Assembly: GCF_006345805.1 (NCBI RefSeq) | Contig: NC_043001.1 | Span: 81,716,001-81,780,000, forward strand | Length of the DNA: 64,000 nucleotides | Direction of reading: 5' to 3' | From: Octopus sinensis | Taxonomy: Eukaryota | Part shown: piece after piece, positions 24,975 through 36,589 of the stretch | Layout of the letters: each line of letters opens with the position of its first letter | Position numbering within the stretch: position 1 is the first letter of the stretch | Made by a program: the position numbers and the translations under genes | Notes under the pieces: model-generated | The model's database searches: none | What the model was told of the DNA's origin: nothing | The model's input: the letters and a program-made list of their open reading frames with translations, nothing else

Positions 24975-25760
24975 ACAGAAGGAGCTGTATACTAGATAGC
25001 TGAGACTGTATAATGGATAGAAGAGACAGTATGATAGATAAGAGAGCCTGTATGATGGATAGGAGAGGCTGTGTGTTGGAGAGAAGAGGCTGTATAATGG
25101 AGAGAAGAGGCTGTATAATGAGCAGAAGGAGCTGTATACAAGATAGTTGAGGCTGTATAATGGATAGGAGAGGCTGTATGATGGATAGGAGAGAATGTAT
25201 GATGGATAGGAGAGAATGTATGATGGATAGGAGAGAATGTATGATGGATAGGAGAGATTGTATGATGGATAGGAGAGAATGTATGATGGATAGGAGAGAT
25301 TGTATGATGGATAGGAGAGAATGTATGATGGATAGGAGAGATTGTATGATGGATAGGAGAGACTGTATGATGGATAGGAGAGATTGTATGATGGATAGGA
25401 GAGAATGTATGATGGATAGGAGAGATTGTATGATGGATAGGAGAGACTGTATGATGGATAGGAGAGACTGTATGATGGATAGGAGAGGCTGTATGATGGA
25501 TAGGAGAGACTGTATGATGGATAGGAGAGGCTGTATGATGGCTAGGAGAGGCTGTATGAACGATAGGAGAGGCTGTATGATGGATAGTAGAGGCTGTATG
25601 ATGGATAGGAGAGGTAGTATAATAGACAGAAGAGGCTGTATAATAGATAGAAAATACCATATAATGGAGAGAAGAAGCTGTATAATGGAGAAAAGAGGCT
25701 GTATAAGGGGGAAAAGGGGTTGTATAATGGGTAGGAGAAGGCATATAATGGATAGAAAAA
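24975..25760. repeat. 21-bp minisatellite/VNTR (tgtatgatggataggagagac and variants)
   Basis: Homogeneous core at about 25157-25610 with decaying flanks. It produces the repetitive ORFs 24919..25902, 24992..25789 and 25160..25798. Confidence 0.95.
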
Positions 25761-26351
25761 GGTTGATTAATGTACAGCAAAAACTGCATAAGGGATAAGA
25801 GATGGCTGTATAATGCATCAAATCAAGTTGTATAAAAAAAAACACTGCTGTATAATACATAGAGGAGGCAATATAATGGACAGGAAAAACCTCCATTATC
25901 AACAGAGAATGATGTATAAAAGATATAGAAGGATGCTATATAATGAACAAAGAAAGCTTTATTAGAGACAGAAATAGAAAATGCTGTATAACTATATGCT
26001 TGCTATGTACACATTTTGAATTTCTAACAACAACAACACACACTTATTTCAGTCATTTGACTGTGGCCAGGCTGGGGCACTGCCTTGAAATATATATACA
26101 CACATTCATAAATATTAGTTCACTCCTTATAATGATTACTGACAGGGGTTTACATACTGTATTTCCATATCTGTACATTTGAGTTGAAATAATATACATG
26201 CATATATAGTCATTTATATTATATGAGTATATCTGCACACACACACACATATTTGTGCAATTGAATACTCACTGACAGATACACAAGCTTATGTAGTTTT
26301 AAAGATGAATTATTAACAGATACTTATTTCTATCAGTATACACACACACAT

Positions 26352-26398
<47 letters not shown>

Positions 26399-26619
26399 CA
26401 CATTAAATTCAGAGAGCAAACGGTGAAGTCATGTTTTAGGTGAAGAAAGATGAGAAAAGAGAAAGGTGAGAGAGAGAGAGAGGGAGAGTGAAAATAAGAG
26501 TGGAACAAAGAAAGATAAGAAGGAGAGATAGAAGTAGGTAAGAAAAGGAAGAATATAAAGAAACTAGAGCAGGGATGGGAGAGTGTGGGGTACAGTGGTT
26601 CAATGTCTAGGTTAGCAAT

Positions 26620-27060
26620 AACTTATGATGGTGGGGGTGGTGGTGGTAATATTAATGAATGGTGGTGGAGGTGATGATGAGGATGATGTAGGTTGTGATG
26701 GTGGTGGTGGTGATGATGAAAATGGTGATGACAACGATAATGCTGGTGGTGGTGGTGATGGTGGTTATATTAATGAATAGTGGTGGAGGTGGTGATGATT
26801 CTGATGAGGACGATGTAGGTTGTGATGGTGGTGGTGGGGTGAAGATGATGATGTTGATGATGGTGGTGGTGATGGTAGTGAAGATGACGACGATGATAAT
26901 GATGGTGGTGATGACGATGATAATGGTTGTGGTGATGAAGACAACGATGGTAGTGGTGATGACGAAGAAGATAATAATGGTGGTAATGATGATGATGATA
27001 ATGGTGATGAAAATGACGATGATGATTATGGTGGTGATAATGATGATGATTAGTTTTGGT
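26620..27060. repeat. (GGT/GAT)n trinucleotide low-complexity tract with internal duplication
   Basis: taatgaat.gtggtggagg.g.tgatga..gatgtaggttgtgatggtggtggtgg occurs at about 26653 and 26771. Confidence 0.85.
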
Positions 27061-27821
27061 CACTTCTGCATTAATTATAGCACCTATAATCACCGAGATA
27101 ATCAATTAAACAATATCACGGTGGTGGTGGTGGTTTGGATGGTGGTGTTGCAGAGGTAATGGCAGTGCTGTGGTCATAACAGTATTGCAGTGAAAGTGTT
27201 ATGGTGGTAGTGCTGTGATATTATTAGATTTTAATACAATGGTGTTGCTGTTCAACCCTAAGTAGCCTCTGCTTGAGCAGGCCTAAGTTTTAACAAATAC
27301 AACCATGGCCACCCTGTCTTTCTGTTGTGTTGGCACTAGTTGTAGTAGTAATGGTGCTTGCTGCTGCAGTAGTAACGGTGGTAATGGTGGTGGTGGTGGA
27401 AGAAGTAGTAGTGATGGTGCTGGTAATGCTGCTTCTGCAATGGTCAGGTGGTTGTATAGGTGGTGATAATGCATGTCGGTGAACCTAAAATTAATCTGAT
27501 TCCAGGTGGAGGAAACACTGGTCCCCGAGAGACCAGGCTTGGTAAGATACTCATGGTAGAGATGGGGGTGGAATATGTGGGTAACAAGAGAAAAACAAAG
27601 TGAGAGATGAAAGGAGTGTATGTACAGGTGTGTTTGTCTGTGTGTGTATACATATATACATATTAGAAGAAATGAGGTACTCAGAAATTTGGATGGCCTA
27701 ATATTTACAGATATTTATTAGTATGTTACATGTTTTTATAAATTATATATCATATATTAGTGCTTTTGTCCACTCTAGTGGAGTTGTCAAACTGAACTTT
27801 TGCAGGAATTTTGTCTCTTTT

Positions 27822-27970
27822 TATAGTATTATTTAGTGTATTATATATATACATATATATAATTAAGGGTACCTTGCCAGAAAATATAAAAGAATATATA
27901 TATTCTTTTATATTTTCTGGCATGGTACCTTAATTATATATATGTATATATATAATACACTAAATAATAC

Positions 27971-27974
<4 letters not shown>
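27822..27974. repeat. Near-perfect 153-bp palindrome with no spacer
   Basis: Arms match except aagggtacctt versus aaggtaccat (one indel, one mismatch). Centre agaatata|tatattct at 27898/27899. Confidence 0.95.
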
Positions 27975-28001
<27 letters not shown>

Positions 28002-28177
28002 ATATAGCAAAAATTTAGATTCTGATGAACATGGTACTTAGGTTGAGGCACCAGAATTTAGTACGGTATTATCCATACAATTTCAAAATAAGGTGATTAA
28101 AATGAAAATAAGCAACAAGGATATCCGAGGTAATGCAGCATTACTTCTGGATATCCATGTTGCATATTTTGATATAT

Positions 28178-28219
<42 letters not shown>

Positions 28220-28250
28220 TATATATATAGATATATATTTCTGTTACCTT

Positions 28251-28575
28251 TTCCTTGATTCAGTCATTAGACTGCAGCCATGCTGGAGCACTGCCTTGAA
28301 GAATTTTAGCTAAACGAATTGACCCCGATACTTACTCTTTTGTCTTGTTTGCCGAAGAGCTAAGTTATAGGGACATAAACACACCAACATCAGTGGTCTA
28401 GCAGTGGTGGGAGACAAACAGACACAAAGACACACACAACAGACCTCTTTCAGTTTCTGTTCACCAAATACACAACCCAAGCATATAGTAGAAGACACTT
28501 AACCAAGGTGCCATGCAGTGGGACAGAACCCAGAACCATGTGGTTGAGAAGGAAACTTACCATAGCCATGCCTGC
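28251..28575 (-). mobile_element. SINE family A, reverse orientation
   Basis: cagtcattagactgcagccatgctggagcac...aaccatgtggttg...catagccatgcctgc is the reverse complement of family A. Confidence 0.75.
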
Positions 28576-28614
28576 ATCTATCTATCTCTCTCTCTCTCTA
28601 TCTATCTATATATA

Positions 28615-28870
28615 TATATATTAGAAAAAATGAGGTAATCAGATCGGATGGTTCATATTTATAGATATTTATTCATATATTACATTTTTACATATATATA
28701 TCTATCATATCATTCAGATCATATCATTCGGATTATTAGCGCTTTCTCCCAGAAAGCGCTAATAATCCGAATGATATGATAGATATATATATGTAAAAAA
28801 TGTAATATATAAATAAATATCTATAAATATAAACCATCCGATCTGATTACCTCATTTTTTCTAATATATA
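28615..28870. repeat. Near-perfect 256-bp inverted repeat with 3-nt loop
   Basis: Left arm 28615-28747, loop ccc 28748-28750, right arm 28751-28870. Two mismatches, one 1-nt indel, and a 14-bp tandem duplication (28704-28731) in the left arm. Confidence 0.95.
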
Positions 28871-28894
28871 ATACCGTACATCATCTCCAAACCT

Positions 28895-28926
<32 letters not shown>

Positions 28927-28955
28927 TACTATATAATATATATATCTAATATAAA

Positions 28956-29122
28956 GGCACAGAAGTGGTTGTGTGGCAAGTAGCTTGCTTAAGAACCACA
29001 TGGTTCCAGGTTCAGTCACACTGTGTGGCATCTTTGGCAAGTTTCTTCTACTATAGCCTCAGGCCAACCAAAGCCTTGTGCGTGGATTTCGTAGACGGAA
29101 ACTGAAAGAAGCCCATCGTGTG

Positions 29123-29164
<42 letters not shown>

Positions 29165-29389
29165 TATAAATACACACACATGTTTGTGTGTCTGTGTTTG
29201 TACCCCCCACCACCACCATCGCTTTACAAGCAATGTTGGTGTGTTTACGTCCCCGTAACTTAATGGTTCGGCAAAAGAGACCAATAGTACTTACAAAGAA
29301 CAAGTCTTGGGGTTGATTTGTTCAACTAAAGGCGGTGCTCCAGCATGGCTGCAGTCAAATGACTGAAGCGAGTAAAAGAATAAAAGAAT
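28956..29389 (+). mobile_element. SINE family A, full length, forward orientation
   Basis: ggcacagaagtggttgtgtggcaagtagcttgc...ctccagcatggctgcagtcaaatgactgaagcgagtaaaagaataaaagaa. Confidence 0.8.
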
Positions 29390-30606
29390 GTATAATGTAT
29401 TGTTCTGTGAGAAAAAATTCTACAAAATGAGTACGCCATCTGGTGAGCGATAAATATTATTTATTTAAAGGACACAATACATGTATTTAAGCGCTAGTAA
29501 TAGTTTTGTATGTTGAGAAATACTCAAGCATGAAACAGACAGACAGACAAATGCATATATAATTCAATAATAGTTTGACTCGAACTCCATATGACTTGAA
29601 GTTTAGACTATCATTAGATAAAATATCAAACTCCTATATGTGTGTTGAGTGCCACTTTCTTTCACTTGTCATCTACCAATTGGTATGAGTGCGTGTATAT
29701 ATACATAGATATGACACAAGAACTTATACAAAGGAAACTTTAAAGAACTTTAAAGGAACTTTAATGAACTTTAGAAATCTGTTTAATTATCTACATTACT
29801 TCATGAGTATAGCCTCAAACACTAGGATGTCTAGAGAACTTACATGTATTTTAGTGTGAGTACGGACTCGTTTATATGCTTGTAATCTTTGCAACTTTTA
29901 ATAAACCTGTCCTTGTATGAAACGATCATACTACAAAAACCTATCCATTTTGTTGCTTCTTTCTCACTTATATATATATATATATATATATTATAAAAGG
30001 GTAGAGAGGAGAAGCAAAGAAGTTTGAAATGAAAGCACAATGACTACAGAATGAGTTAGAGTGGTGATGGCAGTAATAGTAAGAGGTCAATGGTAGTAGT
30101 GGTGGTGGAGGTGGTAGTAGGTCAGTGGTGGTAGCAGCAGCAATAGTAGTTAACAGTGTCAGCAGGTGGAGGGAGGAGCAGTGATGGTGGTAACAGATGA
30201 GCAAGATGAAATATATCACAGAAAGTCAGTGGAGGATGACAACAGAAGGGGACAACATCCCCTCCACTCCAATCCAGACCCACCAGCTGGCCCACCTCCC
30301 ACTCCAATTTGCTGCCCATTGCTGAAAAGAGGACACAATGAGGGTAAGGTGAGTGTGGTGGTGATGGAGAAAAGGCAGTTATGCTGCCCCACCCACCTTC
30401 ACTCCCTCCCTCCCTCCACGCGCACACACACACACACACACCACTGAGGCTGGCATCTACAGCAGGATTCACTCCATTTTTAGCAATAAGAGACCATGGG
30501 TCTCATTCTAGTAGCTCAGCTCTGACCTCTCTCAGATAGTTGATGCATGTGCATGCACACACCCACATACGAAAAAAATGCATACTATATGTATGTGTGG
30601 TGTGTG

Positions 30607-30662
<56 letters not shown>

Positions 30663-30869
30663 GTCCAAAGGCTGCATATATTCTTTCATTCTTTTACTTG
30701 AGGGTTGGTTTCAGTCATTTTTGTCTGTGGCCATACTGGAGCACCGCCTTAAAGGTTTTTTTTTAGCCGAAGAAATCAACCCCAGGACTTATTCACACCC
30801 TACCAACATAATCTAAGAAGGAATATGTTAGTTAAAATAGTTCTAGATACATGCTGACGAGACAGGGTT

Positions 30870-30918
30870 GGCTTAAGGTTGGACAACAGCAAACCATCTG
30901 CATTCATTACAAGGACTG

Positions 30919-30953
<35 letters not shown>

Positions 30954-31460
30954 CATACACACACACATACAGGCACACATGCAAAGATGCAAAGATGCAA
31001 ACAGGCAAAGACTGCGTTTAGAGGAAGGGAAACATATGCAATATGAGGAACTCATTAAAGCTGACATCATGCATACATATACATACATATCACACACATA
31101 TATATACAAAGATATAGACATACATACACAAACATATATATATATATATATACACACACAAAGATATAGCCATACATACACAAACATATATATATAATAT
31201 ATATGTGTGTGTGTGTATATATATACACACACAAAGATATAGGCATACATACACAAACATATACATACACATATATATACACACACACACATATACATAC
31301 ATATACAGACATATACAAATACATGCATATATATATACACACACATACAAATAGATATATATACATACACAAATACATACATATATACACACATACAAAT
31401 AGATATATATACATACACAGACAAATACACACACACACACATACATACCATAACAGTTAC
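30870..31460. repeat. Compound (CA)n/(TA)n/(TG)n microsatellite field
   Basis: Nearly pure dinucleotide and ATAC repeats, source of several spurious V/C/Y/I and H/T ORFs. Similar fields at about 21220-21480, 34340-34750, 36270-36530 and 47180-47430. Confidence 0.95.
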
Positions 31461-31599
31461 CACATTATATGCACACTGAGAAGGGACACACCCACTTTAC
31501 AACATAATAAAGGGAGGGAGAAAAAGGGAGCGGAGACCCAATAAACAAGACATCATTAAATCTGTCACCACAGTAACTGGAAGATGAATATAAGGGTTC

Positions 31600-32045
31600 G
31601 TTCAGGGTGGAGTGCTGTGGAGTGGGGTTAATGGAATGTCTCCAGGAAAGGGAGACTGAAAATAGGCACCCTGCTGGTATGTGTTAATAGACAGTTTGGT
31701 GGTGAAGTTAGCCATGGCACACAGGATGGCTTAAGATGGGGGTAGAGGTTGATGGAATGTCCCCTGGAAAGGGAGGCTGAAATAGGGATCATGCAGGTAT
31801 CATGTGTGTGTCAGTGGAGAATATGGGGTGCAGTGAAGTGGGGGATTGTGGTGCATAGGGTGGTTTAAGAAGGGGGTAGAAGTCAATGGAATGTCCCCTG
31901 GAAAGGGAGGCTGAAATAGGGGTCATGCAGGTATGTGTTGGTGGAGAATATGGGGTGCAGTTAAGTGAGGGATTGTGGTGCATAGGGTGGTTTAAGAAGG
32001 GGGTAGAAGTCGATGGAATGTTCCCTGGGAAAAGAGGCAGAATAC
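31600..32045. repeat. Four-copy ~120-135-bp tandem repeat
   Basis: Anchor ggaatgt(c)ccctggaaagggaggctgaaatagg starts at 31633, 31754, 31888 and 32015. Confidence 0.85.
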
Positions 32046-32808
32046 GAGAGACCCTAGTAGTATAGCTCTCCCTTCTCCTCCCTGGAATAGCCAGAATACT
32101 AAAGCTGGCTGATGAAATGCTTAGGAGCAAGCCAACAATATCAAATGGATATTGCCACGCCTTGCTCAATAACCACACACACACAGAGGGGCAAGTGTGG
32201 CAGTGTGGTAAGAAGCTAGCTTCCCAACCACAAAGGTGAGGGTTTGATCTCAATGCATGACACCAAGGGTAAATGTCTTACTGGGTCAACCAAAGCCTTG
32301 TGAATGGATTCAGAAGACGGAAGCTGAGAGAAAACTTGTTGCTGTTGCTGTCATTGTGCATGCACAAATGCACATGCATGCATGTGTGTGTGTGTGTATG
32401 TGCACATGTTACAGTCTTTTTCCTTAACATTGCATGATAGCTGTAAGCAAGTGTTACAGTGACATAAGCGGTATCCTTTGTCTTCAACCTTCTGTTATAA
32501 CACGTCTGATCATGGGGAAATATTATCTTACTTGGAAACAGGTGAGAGTTGGTGACAGGAAGGGCATCTAGCTGCAGAGAAATCTGCCCCAGTAAATTCC
32601 ACTCAATTCAAGTGAACATAGAAAAATGGTCACTGAAATAATGATAGGCATGGCTGTGTGGTAAGAAGCTTGCTTCTCAACCACATGGTTCCAAGTTCAG
32701 TTGCACCGCATCACACCTTGGGTAAGTGTCTTCTAGTATAGCTTCAGGTCGACCAAAAGCTCAAGAGTGGATTTGGTAGTCGGAAACTGTGGAAACTGAA
32801 AGAAGCCC

Positions 32809-32863
<55 letters not shown>

Positions 32864-32864
32864 G

Positions 32865-32937
<73 letters not shown>

Positions 32938-33399
32938 TTGTTTGTCTCTCACTTGACAACTGGTGTGTTGGTGTGTTTACATCCCTGTAGCCTAGTGGTG
33001 CAGCAAAAGAGACTGATAGAATAAGTACCAGGCTTTAAAAAAAAAAGTATCAGGGTTTGATTCCTTCAGCTAAAAGTTCTTCAAGGTAGTGTCCCAGCAT
33101 GATTGCAGTCCTAATGACTGAAACAAGTAAAAATAAAGATATATATATATATATATACACGCACTCTTGAGTGTTGGGTATGTTCCAAATAGTACACCCA
33201 TAAAGCATGTTCACTGCGTATGGCTACCAGACATCATCTACAGTAATTACAAAATTGTCGCTGGATCTATCTCAGGAATTCCTCAGTGTACGTTGAGTAT
33301 AAAACAGATTTTAGAGATGGGAAATGGAATGCACGAGAAACCTTCTTATTGCTCGCACTTTAATAGCTGATAACTCAATTTTCATTTTTTAAATTTAAC

Positions 33400-34260
33400 C
33401 CATGAAAAATAATGAAGGAAGCCAGACTAAGCTTTGACTTATCCTATAGAGCTACTGGAAGTTTGTAAATGCAAAGTGAAGTGCAAAGACAATTTAGGAA
33501 ATGGTTTCAAAGAGATCCATCAATGTGATTTACCATCGTTTGAATTAGAAATAAATTTGAAGCAGAAAGAACTGTTCAGAATGTCCACAAGAAACATTCA
33601 GGAAAACGATTGATAAGCCCCACAAATGAGAATGGGTATATTTTGGCACAAGGCCAGTAATTTCAGGGGAGGGGCTATGTCGATTAGATTGATCCCAGTA
33701 CTCAACTGGTACTTATTTTATTAACTCCCAAAAGGATGAAAGGCAAAGTTGATCCTGGCAGAATTTGAATTCAGAATGTACATAGGCGTAGGAGTGGCTG
33801 TGTGGTAAGTAGCTTGCTTATGAACCACATGGTTCTGGGTTCAGTCCCACTGCATGGCACCTTGGGCAAGTGTCTTCTACTACAGCCTTGGTCCGACCAA
33901 AGCCTTGTGAGTGGATTTTGTAGACTGAAACTGAAAGAAGCCCGTCATATATATGTATGTATGTATGCGTGTGTGTATATGTTTGTCCCCCAACATCACT
34001 TGGATGAAGAGGTTCAGTAGAAACCTTCCACATCCACCAGACCTCACACTACCAGACAAGATAGTACTTAAAGGGGTACTTAAAAGACAAAAATTTATGA
34101 TACAAAACCAGCAACAGTCAATGAATTGAGGGCAGCCATTGAATGAAAATGTGCAGAATGTTGCTTTGATGCTTGTGATTCCACTGCTTAGCATTATTAG
34201 CAGTGCCTGGACAAGAACGGTCATCAGTTTGAAAATAAGTGTTCATAAAATATTAAATTC
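33400..34260 (+). mobile_element. Decayed mariner-like transposase split by SINE insertions
   Basis: 5' part reads YWKF..EVQRQFRKWFQRDP...IRNKFEAERTVQNVHKKHSG (about 33450-33605). 3' part reads PHPPDLT...GYLKDK.YDTKPATVNELRAAIE...CLDKNGHQFEN (about 34027-34240). Stops and frameshifts present; SINE B and A fragments intervene. Confidence 0.7.
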
Positions 34261-35105
34261 TGTCTATAGATTCAATTAAATTTCCCAAATAAAATGTGTT
34301 GCAATAAATACTAACTTTATCATCATTCAATATATGCATACAGCTTTTTAGGAATACTGTATATGTATATACATACATATATGTGTGTGTACGTGTGTAT
34401 ATATACACACATCCATAAATACATGCATGCACACACACAAACATACATCTGTAGATTCAGTAAATATCATTATAATCCATTGAGTGTCCAAATTCCACAT
34501 GGGCATGGGTTGAACTGTGTGTGTGTGTTTGTGTGTGTGTGTGTTTGTGTGCGTACATATATATATATATGCGTATATGTGTGTGTGTGTATATATGTAT
34601 GTATTTATATTTGAATATATACACATGTATAAGAATAAACATAAGTGTATGTATGTACAGGAGCCTGCATTCAACAAAAATATGCAGAATGAATGCTTAC
34701 ACACACACACACACACACACACACGCACGCACGCACGCACGCACGCGGCAGCTATGGCTACCAAACTCCATGCCTAAATTCAGTGTTGAACAATCAACAA
34801 AACATCAGAGAACCTCCTTCACAATGGTCTCCTCTGTTCAGTGAGATAAGAGATGACGTCACCAGCACCAGAAATCTGTCAGAACCTACCCACCCTAATC
34901 CAGAATCTTCCCACAAAGCAGGTAAACACCACTAATAGCCATCAGTTATCTCTGTCCTGCCAACCCCACCCCACCCACGACGACCACCACCACCACTGCC
35001 ATCTACTTCTATAGCACAACCCTCACACCAAACAATGTGAGGTTACTGTGATACTGGGGAAAACTGCATCATTTATTAAACATGTTTGTGTGTGTATAAA
35101 TATAT

Positions 35106-35145
<40 letters not shown>

Positions 35146-35449
35146 GAATATACATGTGTAAGTATTGTATGTGTGCATATATATATATTGTATTATCAAA
35201 TATAATAATATAAATTATTTACATGTTTATAAGTTATGAAACAATTTGTTGTGATATTAGAATTTTCTTACTGTTAAATAAAATTTCATCAAACTATTTC
35301 TCTATAATTTATGGCATATACATGTATATTTATATTAGAAGAAATAAGGATAAATATTTATTAATATGTCACATGTTTTTATAAATCATACATTAGCGCA
35401 TGTGTCCACTCTAGTGGAGTCTTCAGAATTTATATATATATATGTATAA

Positions 35450-35785
35450 AAAATACAAACTGGGACAAGAACGCAAAACATTTTGAAGACGATACAAAAA
35501 GCACAGACGGGACATTCAAAGCCTTCAATCTTCAGTCAAGAACCGGATCATCCTCGCAATTTCAGCTGATTAATCTTGAGATTGCTCCAATCTGGTCAGC
35601 CCCAAGGAAAAACTAAGCTAAGCGCATTAGATTCCTTGGAAGAAAGCTCCGAATGTATACAAAACAAGGACAGAAAAACGGACGATGTTACACGAATACG
35701 AATACAAAAATAATACGTAAAAATAATAATAATAACAATCACAGGATATCACAAACAGGTGTCTTTCGACTAGGGTGAATTAAAC
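35450..35785. mobile_element. Probable Penelope-like terminal fragment
   Basis: Non-simple repeat adjacent to the gtccactctagtggagtcttcag motif and (TA)n. Classification is by context only. Confidence 0.35.
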
Positions 35786-36290
35786 TCAGCACACACACAC
35801 ACACACACACACCACACAGAGGGAGGTGCTGAAATGTTCCTGGTTTTGGGTAAAAGAAAATACAGGAAGATCAATTATGCTTTTATTCAATGTATTCCCC
35901 ACTCAGATTCATACACTTACTGCAGTGGTCCTTCAGTTTTTCTAAGCCCTGTAAAAGAACTCAGAAGGCTGGGCCTCCAACCAGGCCTTTCGCAAAACCC
36001 TTAAAGCCAGGAACTTTTCAGCACCCACTCGCATCTATGTATGTATGTATGTAAAGTTAGTCCAAACATGAAAACACAAAGAGAAAGCACAACGCGAAGA
36101 CGTGGAACAAATATAGTATTATTGGACGCTTAGGAAAGGAAAGAAAGAAGGAGGATTTAACGTTTCGAGCGGAGCTCTTTGTCAGAAACATAGGGAAAGG
36201 AAAGATCCAAGGAAGAGAAGATGGAGGAAAAAAAAAAAAAATTGCCAACGATACACATGCGGTCACATATTGAATGTATGTATGTGTGTA

Positions 36291-36325
<35 letters not shown>

Positions 36326-36589
36326 CTGTGTTGAATGTATGTGTGTGTGTATCTGTGTTGAATGTATGCATGTCTGTGTTATATACATACAAATACATGT
36401 TAACATTAAACAACACACATATGTAGGCACATACAGCGAAGTCTGTGCTGCAATAAGCACTACACACACATACACACACACATTCAAATACACACATACA
36501 TATATTCACACACAAATACACTGACACATACATATGTATTATGTAAACAGACAATGCTATACTAAACATGGATATAGAGACAGTCATAG

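Noticed and set aside
24919-25902. Longest ORFs in the track (327, 265 and 212 aa)
   Set aside because: They are translations of a 21-bp minisatellite that lacks stops in several frames on both strands. They show no domain similarity and lie within a caskin intron.
29844-29906. 63-bp AG...GTAAGT segment with SH3-like KDY (FIKSCKDYKHINESVLTLKY)
   Set aside because: The KDY frame needs a phase-2 entry but this intron is phase 1, where it reads GLLKVAKITSI*. It has no polypyrimidine tract, and the true exon was found at 24404-24498.
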